DNA of 64,000 nucleotides from an uncultured virus (IMG/VR IMGVR_UViG_2061766007_000378) (lineage: Duplodnaviria; Heunggongvirae; Uroviricota; Caudoviricetes), in the IMG/VR virus record IMGVR_UViG_2061766007_000378. One strand, written 5' to 3'. Numbering within the stretch: the first letter of the stretch is position 1; the number at the start of each line of letters is the position of its first letter. This document shows, in pieces, positions 9,772 through 17,135 of this stretch. A program made the position numbers and the translations under genes. Below the pieces are notes generated by a model. It searched no databases and had not been told where the DNA came from. It saw nothing but the letters and a program-made list of their open reading frames with translations.

Positions 9772-9799
9772 AGCGATCCTCCTTCGGCTTTCTTTCCTT

Positions 9800-10022
9800 A
9801 ATTATAATACGCGCGTAAGAAACGGTATACTCACGCCTAGAAAAAATTTTTCGCTCGCGTAAGACTTGCGGGCCCGGAGGGGGAGGGGCCGGTAGGGGCC
9901 GGTATGGAAAATTTTTTGGAAAAATTTCCGGAGGAAATCAAAATTAATTTGTTCGCAATTCGGCAACAACTAAAATTCATTTTATTATTTCCCCTCAAAA
10001 AAGGCCCCTAATTCATATATAT
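9800..10022. other. Non-coding region with G-runs, short direct and inverted repeats; possible genome end or packaging site
   Basis: ggggccggta x2, cgcgtaaga x2, A/T tracts. Confidence 0.35.
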
Positions 10023-10032
10023 NNNNNNNNNN

Positions 10033-10164
10033 CCCAGCCAGAGCGACTGAGATGTCGAAATCGTCGTCGTCTCGCGAGAAGAAGGATGACTTCTTCTTTT
10101 TGCCGTCGTCGATACCGAGATGGTACTTACGCCATTCTTCAGGATTGTTAATAGGGTCTAACAT
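10033..10164 (-). CDS. Hypothetical protein N-terminus (allelic to 7163..7314)
   Basis: MLDPINNPEEWRKYHLG...DDDDFDISVALAG with GGAGG RBS. Confidence 0.6.
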
Positions 10165-10188
10165 AGTTTTTCTCACCTCCTGCAGTTA

Positions 10189-10419
10189 TTATACTATGTA
10201 CCACATATAGCCGTAAGCCGAGGGCTTCGCCCTTTTTAGTACGGCGCTTAAATGACTTCTGATAGAAGCCTGTTTATTGGGAGTTAAGCCGGAAGTGCTT
10301 AACCAAAGAGACGCTTCCAGTACGCTGTTGAATTCAATCTGTCTGTTATTAAGGATGTCGACGGCAAGTAGCTTCTTACAAGCCGCAGTCTTCATCTTCT
10401 CTTTGTCGTATCGTTCTTT
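10189..10419 (-). CDS. NUMOD1 C-terminal part of the HNH endonuclease (allelic inverted copy)
   Basis: Matches 6690-6740 and 6909-7054. Confidence 0.75.
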   Translation of the reverse strand, partial: KERYDKEKMKTAACKKLLAVDILNNRQIEFNSVLEASLWLSTSGLTPNKQASIRSHLSAVLKRAKPSAYGYMWYIV

Positions 10420-10471
10420 NNNNNNNNNNNNNNNNNNNNNNNNNNNNNNNNNNNNNNNNNNNNNNNNNNNN

Positions 10472-10835
10472 AGATAATAAAGAAGATAATAAAATGAAAT
10501 ATAATTGTTAACAAATTGCGAACAAATTAATTAGCTCATTTTCCCCCAAAAGTTGTTCTTTAATAGCTTTTAACTTACGTTTATGCACAGGCGCCTACTA
10601 TATTTCGACCCGTTTTGCCGATTATTATTTCGGCCTTTTGAGGTCTGTTTAATAAACTTTTATTTGCGTTTGAAATTAGTTAATCCTGTAAGACTTTACT
10701 AGACTTTTATTATCTTGTTGTTCAACTTCGTAATATATTATTATTTACATTTAATGCGATACGCGCTATAATATTTATAGAATAAAAATTATTTCTCAAC
10801 CGTTACTTTTAATAAACTTTTATTTACGTTTGAAA
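10472..10835. repeat. AT-rich intergenic region with 28-bp direct repeats; candidate origin
   Basis: tttaataaactttTATTT(g/a)cgtttgaaa at 10648 and 10808; agacttt x2 at 10691/10701. Confidence 0.5.
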
Positions 10836-10844
10836 GGAGTAAGT

Positions 10845-11249
10845 ATGAAACTGTTTTTACTGTCGTGCGGGCACGTGCTCAAGCTCGATTCGAAAAAGGA
10901 TAAAAACGGAAATTATTACGAGATCGTGTCCGGTAAGAGACCTATGTGCGACCGTTGCGGGCAAGGATCGGTGATCGACCGCAAGCTGAAGACCCAGTAC
11001 GACGGGCTCGAAGGACGGTTCGCCGTCTGCGGAGAAAAGAAAGTGCGGTCCTCGTGGCTGCTGCCGGGATTCGTCTACTGTCCGGACGAAGAGAACGACC
11101 GGTTCCTATGGTCGAACAGATCGTACGTCCGCGATACGCACGGAAGCCAGCCCGTCCCAGTATCCGACCTTCCCGGCGTTCCGGAAAAGAAACGGAGACC
11201 CCGTACGGAATGGTTCGAAAAGCTTATCGAAAAAGAAAAGAAAAAATAA
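10845..11249 (+). CDS. Cys-rich (putative Zn-binding) hypothetical protein
   Basis: LSCGH, CDRC; AAGGAG RBS. Confidence 0.65.
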   Translation: MKLFLLSCGHVLKLDSKKDKNGNYYEIVSGKRPMCDRCGQGSVIDRKLKTQYDGLEGRFAVCGEKKVRSSWLLPGFVYCPDEENDRFLWSNRSYVRDTHGSQPVPVSDLPGVPEKKRRPRTEWFEKLIEKEKKK

Positions 11250-11282
11250 TTATTCGTTCGGCTACGGATTATNNNNNNNNNN

Positions 11283-11673
11283 GTTGTGCGGTGGCAAAGT
11301 CAAGCGAAGTTATGTGACGGCAAAGCGAAGTAAGGTAAATTTAGGTAATGTATCGGCAAAGCAATGAACCGCAAAGTAATGCAAAGGAAATGCACTGATT
11401 AGATTCGAACAGTAAAGGCAAGGTAATAAGTGGCGTGGTAAAGGCAAGGCGATGCGTGGCGTTGCATAGGCAAAGTGCAGATAAGTTCAGAAAAGTAGAG
11501 GCATAGTATCGACACGTTATGATTGCTATGAAACGTAACGGTGAAGTTTTGTATCGCGACGGCAAAGCAGGGTTTAGTCATGTAAAGGCGAAGAGAGGCG
11601 TGGTAACGGAATAGAATAGAAATGATATGTCCTGTTTAGGAATAGCCCAGTTAGGAACGGTCCAGAAAAGCAA
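11283..11673 (+). ncRNA. 5-nt periodic NGH-NN repeat array; VIPR-like guide RNA array (5' part lost in gap)
   Basis: By hand parse 72 of 74 pentamers have G at position 2 and none has G at position 3; 13 blocks each start with GG (mostly GGCAA) after one extra base; directly upstream of a RAMP gene. Confidence 0.85.
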
Positions 11674-11716
11674 AAGCAAAAAGAAAGAATTAATAACAAA
11701 AAGAAAGGCAAACAAA

Positions 11717-12310
11717 ATGAAAGAAATCAAAGTTAAACTCACGTTTACGGAACCGATCCTCGGTTCAAGCTCCGGCAACCCCGAACTCCATTCTGAGTTC
11801 ATCGCAAGCAAAGCTCCCGACGCAAAGTCGAGAGAAGAAGAAGTTGAAGCTCTCGGTGCCGACGAGGTCGAGAAGAAAGAGATGACTGTGTTCCCGAGAA
11901 CGGAGGACGGAACCCCGTTTATTTGGGATTATCAGATTCGCGGATTCTTCAAACACGCCTGCGGAATGCTGAAGAGTATCGGCGGCGGAAACGAAAGCGA
12001 AAAGATCAAGGCCCACAAGAAAGTCGTTGACGGAATGGTCTTCGTTAAAGAGAGAAAGATTCCGTTTCATTATGACGGTAAGATCGGAAGTCTGCAAAGA
12101 CCGCTTCGCGGACAGACGGCTCAGGGCGAGAGAATCGCTCTTGCGAACAGCGAGATGATCAATGCCGGCGCAACGATCGAGTTCACGATCCAGATCCTGA
12201 AAGAAGACCTTGAAAACGCCATTTATGAATGGCTTGACTACGGTCAGTTCAACGGGATCGGGCAGTGGAGAAACTCCGGAATGGGAAGATTTACATGGGA
12301 AAAACTTTAA
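11717..12310 (+). CDS. Solitary RAMP/Cas7-like RNA-binding protein (Vipr-like)
   Basis: N-terminal strand KVKLTFTEPILGS, helix YQIRGFFKHAC, SEMINAGATIEFTI strand, C-terminal Gly-rich loop GIGQWRNSGMGRF; RBS AGAAAGG. Confidence 0.85.
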   Translation: MKEIKVKLTFTEPILGSSSGNPELHSEFIASKAPDAKSREEEVEALGADEVEKKEMTVFPRTEDGTPFIWDYQIRGFFKHACGMLKSIGGGNESEKIKAHKKVVDGMVFVKERKIPFHYDGKIGSLQRPLRGQTAQGERIALANSEMINAGATIEFTIQILKEDLENAIYEWLDYGQFNGIGQWRNSGMGRFTWEKL

Positions 12311-12675
12311 AGAATAAATTTTTGAACGAACAAAAAGTATTAAACGGAAAATTTAATATTGAATTACATAAACAAACGTTCATTAATTATCTTGAAGTTG
12401 TCGTTCGTAAGGACGGGACGGTTGAATATGCCGTCCCTTCCCATCAAGAAAAGCTGATCGCTATTGCTAATGAAATGGGATATAATAGAGACTGGTTGGA
12501 TAAGAACTGTCCGAGAGAATATTATTTCAATTTCATGCAGTGGATGTGCAATCTAACGGGATGCGTGTCTTTGTGGTTCGACTATAAAATAAGCCCCGAA
12601 CAAGGAAGAACGCCGGAACAGAACAAAGCGATATGGGAGCTTGTTAAAGCAGAAATTTATAAAGGAGCATTTTGA
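12295..12675 (+). CDS. Hypothetical protein overlapping the RAMP gene stop
   Basis: YLEVVVRKDGTVEYAVPSHQE motif; overlap suggests coupling. Confidence 0.7.
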   Translation: MGKTLKNKFLNEQKVLNGKFNIELHKQTFINYLEVVVRKDGTVEYAVPSHQEKLIAIANEMGYNRDWLDKNCPREYYFNFMQWMCNLTGCVSLWFDYKISPEQGRTPEQNKAIWELVKAEIYKGAF

Positions 12676-12676
12676 T

Positions 12677-12935
12677 ATGCTGTATACGAGATATGTCGTT
12701 AAACTGAAAAAGTATCAGGACTTGATTGAGTTCATGGTTCCCGATGGTGTTAAGTCGGAAGCCGCTACCTATCAGCAGGTGAACGCCGAAACTGGAGAGG
12801 CGAACGCGTCGTTAATCATTTTAATAAATGGCGAAGTTCAATTCATCACTCCGATAGTAGAAATCGAAGTTTATCAGAAGAGCGTCGTAAACGTTGCCGA
12901 TAAACCGCATGAAGAAGACACGGATAAAGATCCGG
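12677..12935 (+). CDS. Hypothetical protein (3' end in gap)
   Basis: AAGGAG RBS, open to the gap. Confidence 0.6.
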
Positions 12936-12985
12936 NNNNNNNNNNACTGATCGACCGGAAAAAAGCATGGTCCAATAAATAACGC

Positions 12986-13017
12986 CGGCTTGGGAACGAT
13001 CGCCTTTGCGGTATAAT
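12986..13017 (+). promoter_or_regulatory. CGGCTT-N20-TATAAT promoter of the periodic array (allele A)
   Basis: cggctt gggaacgatcgcctttgcgg tataat. Confidence 0.75.
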
Positions 13018-13023
13018 TAACTC

Positions 13024-13132
13024 GTAAGATACGGCGACAGCATTGTACCGAAATGTTGGGCGATGGCAAAGCGATGCGAAGTATGGCTTCGGCAAAGTAA
13101 AGCGGAGTGTTGCTAGGGCAAAGTAAAGCGAA
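13024..13132 (+). ncRNA. 5' end of the NGH-NN periodic array, allele A
   Basis: agcat tgtac cgaaa tgttg ggcga t ggcaa agcga tgcga agtat ggctt c ggcaa agtaa agcgg agtgt tgcta g ggcaa..., ends at gap. Confidence 0.8.
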
Positions 13133-13142
13133 NNNNNNNNNN

Positions 13143-13418
13143 GACGTCACGGTCTGCTTCGACGAGCCGCTTCTGACGGCGAATCCCGAAGCCGACGAGA
13201 ACGAGACCTTCTGTTATATCGATACGAACAATCTTCCCGAGGTCGAAGAGTTCATCAAGTCTAACGGACTTGGCAAACCGACGAAGATCACTAAGGCCTC
13301 CGGATTCTGTACTTATCCGCTGTACAAAATGAATCTCGGTAAACTGAGAGAGCTGGCCGTTGAAAATTATTACGACAAACGGCAAATCAAAGAACAAAAA
13401 GAAAGCGAGGACGAATAA
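13143..13418 (+). CDS. DUF4313-like protein (5' end in gap)
   Basis: YIDTNN...EEFIKSNGLGKPT...SGFCTYPLY. Confidence 0.7.
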   Translation, partial: DVTVCFDEPLLTANPEADENETFCYIDTNNLPEVEEFIKSNGLGKPTKITKASGFCTYPLYKMNLGKLRELAVENYYDKRQIKEQKESEDE

Positions 13419-13419
13419 T

Positions 13420-13863
13420 ATGGCGGAGCATCATAGCTGGTCGGCCGAAGAGCTAAGACGCCTGGGAGAAAAGAAAGCGAGAGAATGGAAAGCGACGATC
13501 GAAACCAAAGCGAAGACCTGCGCGGGAGAGATCATTAAAGACCTCGATTCGAAACTTCCCGGCTGCGTCGAAAGAGGACTGACGGAAACCGAAACCTCTA
13601 TCTGCATGACCCTGCCGAACTACCGCGGCGATATTCCGCCGGAACAGTTCGTCGCCGCAGTGTACGCGATCCTCGATCCGTATTTCAAAAACCTAGGATT
13701 CAACGTACCGAAACGGAGAGACTACATGTCGACCTACTATCACGTCAGCTGGAAAGAACCGAAGCGGTACAAAGAAGAGGACGAAGCGTTCGAAGTGGAC
13801 GAAGCGTTCGAAGAAGACTTCGAAAACGCTCCTCCCGTATTCTACGAAAAAGAAAGCAAATAA
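13420..13863 (+). CDS. Hypothetical protein
   Basis: RBS-led ORF in operon. Confidence 0.65.
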   Translation: MAEHHSWSAEELRRLGEKKAREWKATIETKAKTCAGEIIKDLDSKLPGCVERGLTETETSICMTLPNYRGDIPPEQFVAAVYAILDPYFKNLGFNVPKRRDYMSTYYHVSWKEPKRYKEEDEAFEVDEAFEEDFENAPPVFYEKESK

Positions 13864-13884
13864 AAGAAAGAGAGAGAAAACAAA

Positions 13885-14673
13885 ATGAGCATGGTCGAAA
13901 CGAGATATTATAACGCTATATGGTACGTGCCGGAAGACGAAACAGAAGCTGACGTCGCACAGGAAACAAGAATACTTTTGCCCGATATGGTCGATCGTAT
14001 TTATAGGGAGATTCTCGTTCCTCCCATTTGCCGGAATAAATTTATTATCACGGACGTTGAACAAGTAAAAAGCACTTCGGTAGTGGTCAGAGGCGTCACA
14101 GGCATAAGAACGGGCTGTGAAAACGTGGTCATTAACTTTTACTTTGTGAAAAAATCGCAGGTACCTAGTTGGATGGTCTGCGAGTATAAGATCAGAAATA
14201 TATACGATCTCGCTGCGATGCTCGCATGCGTTACGTATCAGCCGTCCAATGATACAATCAACGGGATCCATCCGACAGCACATTGCAGTCATCAACCTCC
14301 GAAAGAAGTCCATAGCGGTATGCCTGAAAACGGAGCGTATATCAACATGCGCATGATGGACGAAGGCGACCTCATGGCCAATCGAGAACCGCCTGAAACA
14401 AGTACCAATTTTATAATGACGCTTACGACTAACCTGACAAAAATATTTAACGGAGAAAAAGAGGTACTAAAAAGTATGATCAAATCGGTTACGATCAACG
14501 AGAAAAAGAAAGTTACGACAGTCGTTTTTACAGACGGCGATGTACAGATGGCCAAGTGTTCGAAGAACGACGAGTACGATAAGACCGTCGGTATCAGCAT
14601 CTGCATTGCGGCTCACCTAGCCGGAAGCAAAGAGAAACTGAAAAAATTCGTTAAGGAGATCACGGAGAAATGA
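13885..14673 (+). CDS. Hypothetical protein
   Basis: 262 aa; C-terminal TTVVFTDG...KCSKNDEYDKTVG motif common in phage proteins. Confidence 0.65.
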   Translation: MSMVETRYYNAIWYVPEDETEADVAQETRILLPDMVDRIYREILVPPICRNKFIITDVEQVKSTSVVVRGVTGIRTGCENVVINFYFVKKSQVPSWMVCEYKIRNIYDLAAMLACVTYQPSNDTINGIHPTAHCSHQPPKEVHSGMPENGAYINMRMMDEGDLMANREPPETSTNFIMTLTTNLTKIFNGEKEVLKSMIKSVTINEKKKVTTVVFTDGDVQMAKCSKNDEYDKTVGISICIAAHLAGSKEKLKKFVKEITEK

Positions 14674-14903
14674 CGAATTACGAGCTTGTAAAAAAGATGG
14701 ATCCGTTCGACATGGATAACGTGATAACCAAAACGTTCGAACGCTTTATCCGCGAAGGCAACAAGTCTCCGATGAAATTTCTCGACTGGCTGCTGAGCGA
14801 GGCGGATGAGGACTTGAAAAAATATATGCGCTCTCAGATCGAGTTCACTGACGAAGACCTTAAAGCGCTTATCGATAGGAAAAAAGCATGGTCCAATAAA
14901 TAA
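14670..14903 (+). CDS. Hypothetical protein preceding the array promoter (3' end duplicated at 12946-12982)
   Basis: ATGA overlap; both copies end LIDRKKAWSNK. Confidence 0.7.
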   Translation: MTNYELVKKMDPFDMDNVITKTFERFIREGNKSPMKFLDWLLSEADEDLKKYMRSQIEFTDEDLKALIDRKKAWSNK

Positions 14904-14906
14904 CGC

Positions 14907-14938
14907 CGGCTTGGGAACGAACTCCTTTGCGGTATAAT
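14907..14938 (+). promoter_or_regulatory. CGGCTT-N20-TATAAT promoter of the periodic array (allele B)
   Basis: cggctt gggaacgaactcctttgcgg tataat. Confidence 0.75.
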
Positions 14939-14944
14939 TAACTC

Positions 14945-15053
14945 GTAAGATGCAGCAACGGCATTGTACCGAAATGTTGGGTGATGGCAAAGCGATGTGA
15001 AGAATGGCTTCGGCAAAGTAAAGCGGAGTGTTGCTAGGGCAAAGTAAAGCGAA
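14945..15053 (+). ncRNA. 5' end of the NGH-NN periodic array, allele B
   Basis: Same register as 13024-13132 with 7 substitutions. Confidence 0.8.
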
Positions 15054-15097
15054 NNNNNNNNNNAAATAATTAAAGGCGGAAAGAAAGCGAGCGACAA

Positions 15098-15418
15098 ATG
15101 ACGTTTGAAGAAAAGAAAAAAGCGAACCTGATTTTCACAATGCATAACATTGACGAGAGCCAGCCGTATATATCGATGACGCCGACACAGGGGCCCTCCG
15201 CCGTACCCGTTACGGTAAACGGCGGACTCCCGTGGTGGGATCGATCGAAAAGCAGATACAGAACGGCGGCCGAGCAACGCGAGTACGAGAAAGAAGTCTT
15301 GACTAAAAACGCCGAATATAACGCTCAGCTTGAATTTTCAAATACCGCGTCGGCAAAAGACTTAAAAGACGAGATCAATAAAACAAAGAAAAAATTTAAA
15401 CTGGATGACGGTGAATAA
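15098..15418 (+). CDS. Hypothetical protein
   Basis: ORF in tightly packed + strand run. Confidence 0.6.
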   Translation: MTFEEKKKANLIFTMHNIDESQPYISMTPTQGPSAVPVTVNGGLPWWDRSKSRYRTAAEQREYEKEVLTKNAEYNAQLEFSNTASAKDLKDEINKTKKKFKLDDGE

Positions 15419-15420
15419 CT

Positions 15421-15633
15421 ATGCCGAAGAAATTTAAGCAATGGAATAATGATGAGCACGAAGCGGCTCTTGAACGCCGGCGCGTTAAGATGTATGAAAA
15501 GCAAAAGTACAAAAAGAATTACTACGACGAAGGCGAAGAAGAACTCACGGATACTACGACCAACGAACGAGTTATTGAACTGATCAATAAAGCGATGAGC
15601 GATAATCCGTTGCCTGAACATAAGGAGAACTAA
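15421..15633 (+). CDS. Hypothetical protein
   Basis: ORF in tightly packed + strand run. Confidence 0.6.
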   Translation: MPKKFKQWNNDEHEAALERRRVKMYEKQKYKKNYYDEGEEELTDTTTNERVIELINKAMSDNPLPEHKEN

Positions 15634-15634
15634 A

Positions 15635-16018
15635 ATGGAACAGAAAGATTTGGAAAAGATAGTCAAGATAATTCTTGATAACACTTCGATTAATAAAACC
15701 GGAGAAGCGACGAGACTGATCGTTGAATTGATCAAAGCCGTTGAGAAACCTCCGGAAGTAAGGATAGTCCATGACTATACGCCTTATCCGAACTATATTA
15801 ATGAGCCGAATAAGCTGACTTGGCCCGGATGGGAACCGTTCAGATACGAGCCAACCTGCATGACGGAAACAGCAAAGAACACGCACTGGGAGCAGCCGTG
15901 TTCAACAACTACGGCCACAAATGATTCAAAGGCCGAGAAGAACAAGAGTCTTGGGGAAATTTTCGCTGCGATGGATGAGTCAGAGAAGGCAACGGTAAAC
16001 AAACGAGGCTTCGCATGA
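15635..16018 (+). CDS. Hypothetical protein
   Basis: AAGGAG RBS. Confidence 0.6.
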   Translation: MEQKDLEKIVKIILDNTSINKTGEATRLIVELIKAVEKPPEVRIVHDYTPYPNYINEPNKLTWPGWEPFRYEPTCMTETAKNTHWEQPCSTTTATNDSKAEKNKSLGEIFAAMDESEKATVNKRGFA

Positions 16019-16302
16019 AACCTAAACTCGGTCAGAAAGTTTATATCCTTTACGAAACGTTTATGATTTGCGAAACTGTTGAAATGCTTGGAAAAGACAG
16101 TTTTGCAACGCCGAATATGTTCAGCTCGCTTACAAGAGATGAATACAGACTCCCGATCATGTTTAATGAATACGGTGAAGGATGGTTCAATTCTCTTGCC
16201 GAAGTAAAGAACTATTTGGAAAAGTATGGTGAAAAGCTTGTTAAAATCGATGATGATTATTGGCAAGTAGAAACGGACTGGAAAACAAATGACAAACGAT
16301 GA
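16015..16302 (+). CDS. Hypothetical protein
   Basis: ATGA overlap, GAGG RBS. Confidence 0.6.
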   Translation: MKPKLGQKVYILYETFMICETVEMLGKDSFATPNMFSSLTRDEYRLPIMFNEYGEGWFNSLAEVKNYLEKYGEKLVKIDDDYWQVETDWKTNDKR

Positions 16303-16474
16303 ATTGTCAGAAGTATTCAAAGATTTGATAACCAACCATATTGAACTTGTTGAAAGAAAAAAAGATGGCGCTTGTTATTTCCGAATTAAAGGTTCAAAGG
16401 GCAAGGAAAAGTCTTTTACAAGCCGGTCATTCATGGAGTGGTGGAAACAATACTTTGAGGTTGTTACTCAATAA
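16289..16474 (+). CDS. Hypothetical protein
   Basis: Overlaps previous stop. Confidence 0.55.
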   Translation: MTNDELSEVFKDLITNHIELVERKKDGACYFRIKGSKGKEKSFTSRSFMEWWKQYFEVVTQ

Positions 16475-16514
16475 AATTTATGATTTATAATACCTTACGG
16501 TTTATAAATACCAG

Positions 16515-16607
16515 AGGAGTTAGGTGGCTCAATTATTCGTGAGATGTACATAACGATAAGAGAGTAAAAGTCATCGAGAATTGCCTAAAAAAAGACTCTC
16601 CTCACCA
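16515..16607 (+). ncRNA. Putative structured RNA ending in an acceptor-like stem plus ACCA
   Basis: gaggag/ctcctc-acca terminal stem; inner ttaggtgg/ttgcctaa stem. Confidence 0.35.
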
Positions 16608-16615
16608 ATCAATAT

Positions 16616-16769
16616 ATCAGTAGTGGCGGAAACGGTAGACGCACGATGACGGCAATAAACGGAGTTTGTGAGCGAGTAGTTCAAATCTGCTGGTCTCCAA
16701 GTTCGACTCTTGGGGGCGTCTGGTGACAAATATCAAACTTATGTAAGGTGCAAATCCTTATCTACTGAT
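16616..16769 (+). ncRNA. tRNA-like RNA with a ~100-nt insertion carrying two extra T-arms
   Basis: Acceptor tcagtag/ctactga, D-arm tggcggaaacggtagacgc, T-arm taagg-tgcaaat-cctta. Confidence 0.65.
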
Positions 16770-16775
16770 TTTAAT

Positions 16776-16899
16776 TGTGGTGCTACGAATACGACACATC
16801 CATTGTTTCACCGAGTCCTTAGGGACTCACCGGATATTTGACAGAGGGAATGTGTAGGAAAAACGGCTGTAGTTAAATGGGATTGGAGAACCAGCCACA
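16776..16899 (+). ncRNA. Putative structured RNA
   Basis: tgtggt/gccaca closing stem, acacatcc/ggaatgtgt stem, gagtcc-ttag-ggactc hairpin. Confidence 0.35.
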
Positions 16900-16919
16900 T
16901 TTTGAAAAGGAGATTAATA

Positions 16920-17135
16920 ATGAACGATACAGAGAATCAAACAAACTCAGCAGAGATACTGATAGGAAAAACGATTAAAGAGATTAAAGTCTCAGGCTAC
17001 GGTATTTACTTGAAGACGACTGATGGAATTGTATTGGATTATGATTCTTCTGATGGTGGATATTCTTGTTGGGAAATTGGAAACGCATATGAAGAAGAGG
17101 AGAAAGAGAGGAATGAAAAATGGGAATCTGCTTAA
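16920..17135 (+). CDS. Hypothetical protein
   Basis: AAGGAG RBS. Confidence 0.65.
   Translation: MNDTENQTNSAEILIGKTIKEIKVSGYGIYLKTTDGIVLDYDSSDGGYSCWEIGNAYEEEEKERNEKWESA

Noticed and set aside
11283..11673. Classical CRISPR array next to a cas7-like gene
   Set aside because: No identical 23-47 bp repeats with unique spacers; conservation is at single positions every 5 nt, and no other cas genes are visible
11341..11811. Minus-strand ORFs over the array and the 30-aa N-terminal extension of ORF 11627
   Set aside because: No RBS, low-complexity products, and 5-nt periodicity does not fit coding; the real start is ATG 11717 with an RBS
12821..15277. Minus-strand ORFs 12821, 12874, 14613 and 14834 crossing the array alleles
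   Set aside because: Shadow ORFs antisense to the promoter, array and real genes; some span N gaps
16675..16691. tRNA-Leu(CAA) or tRNA-Sec(TCA) anticodon arm
   Set aside because: TTCAAAT in a 5-bp stem fits a T-loop, and spacing to the D-arm does not give a canonical cloverleaf
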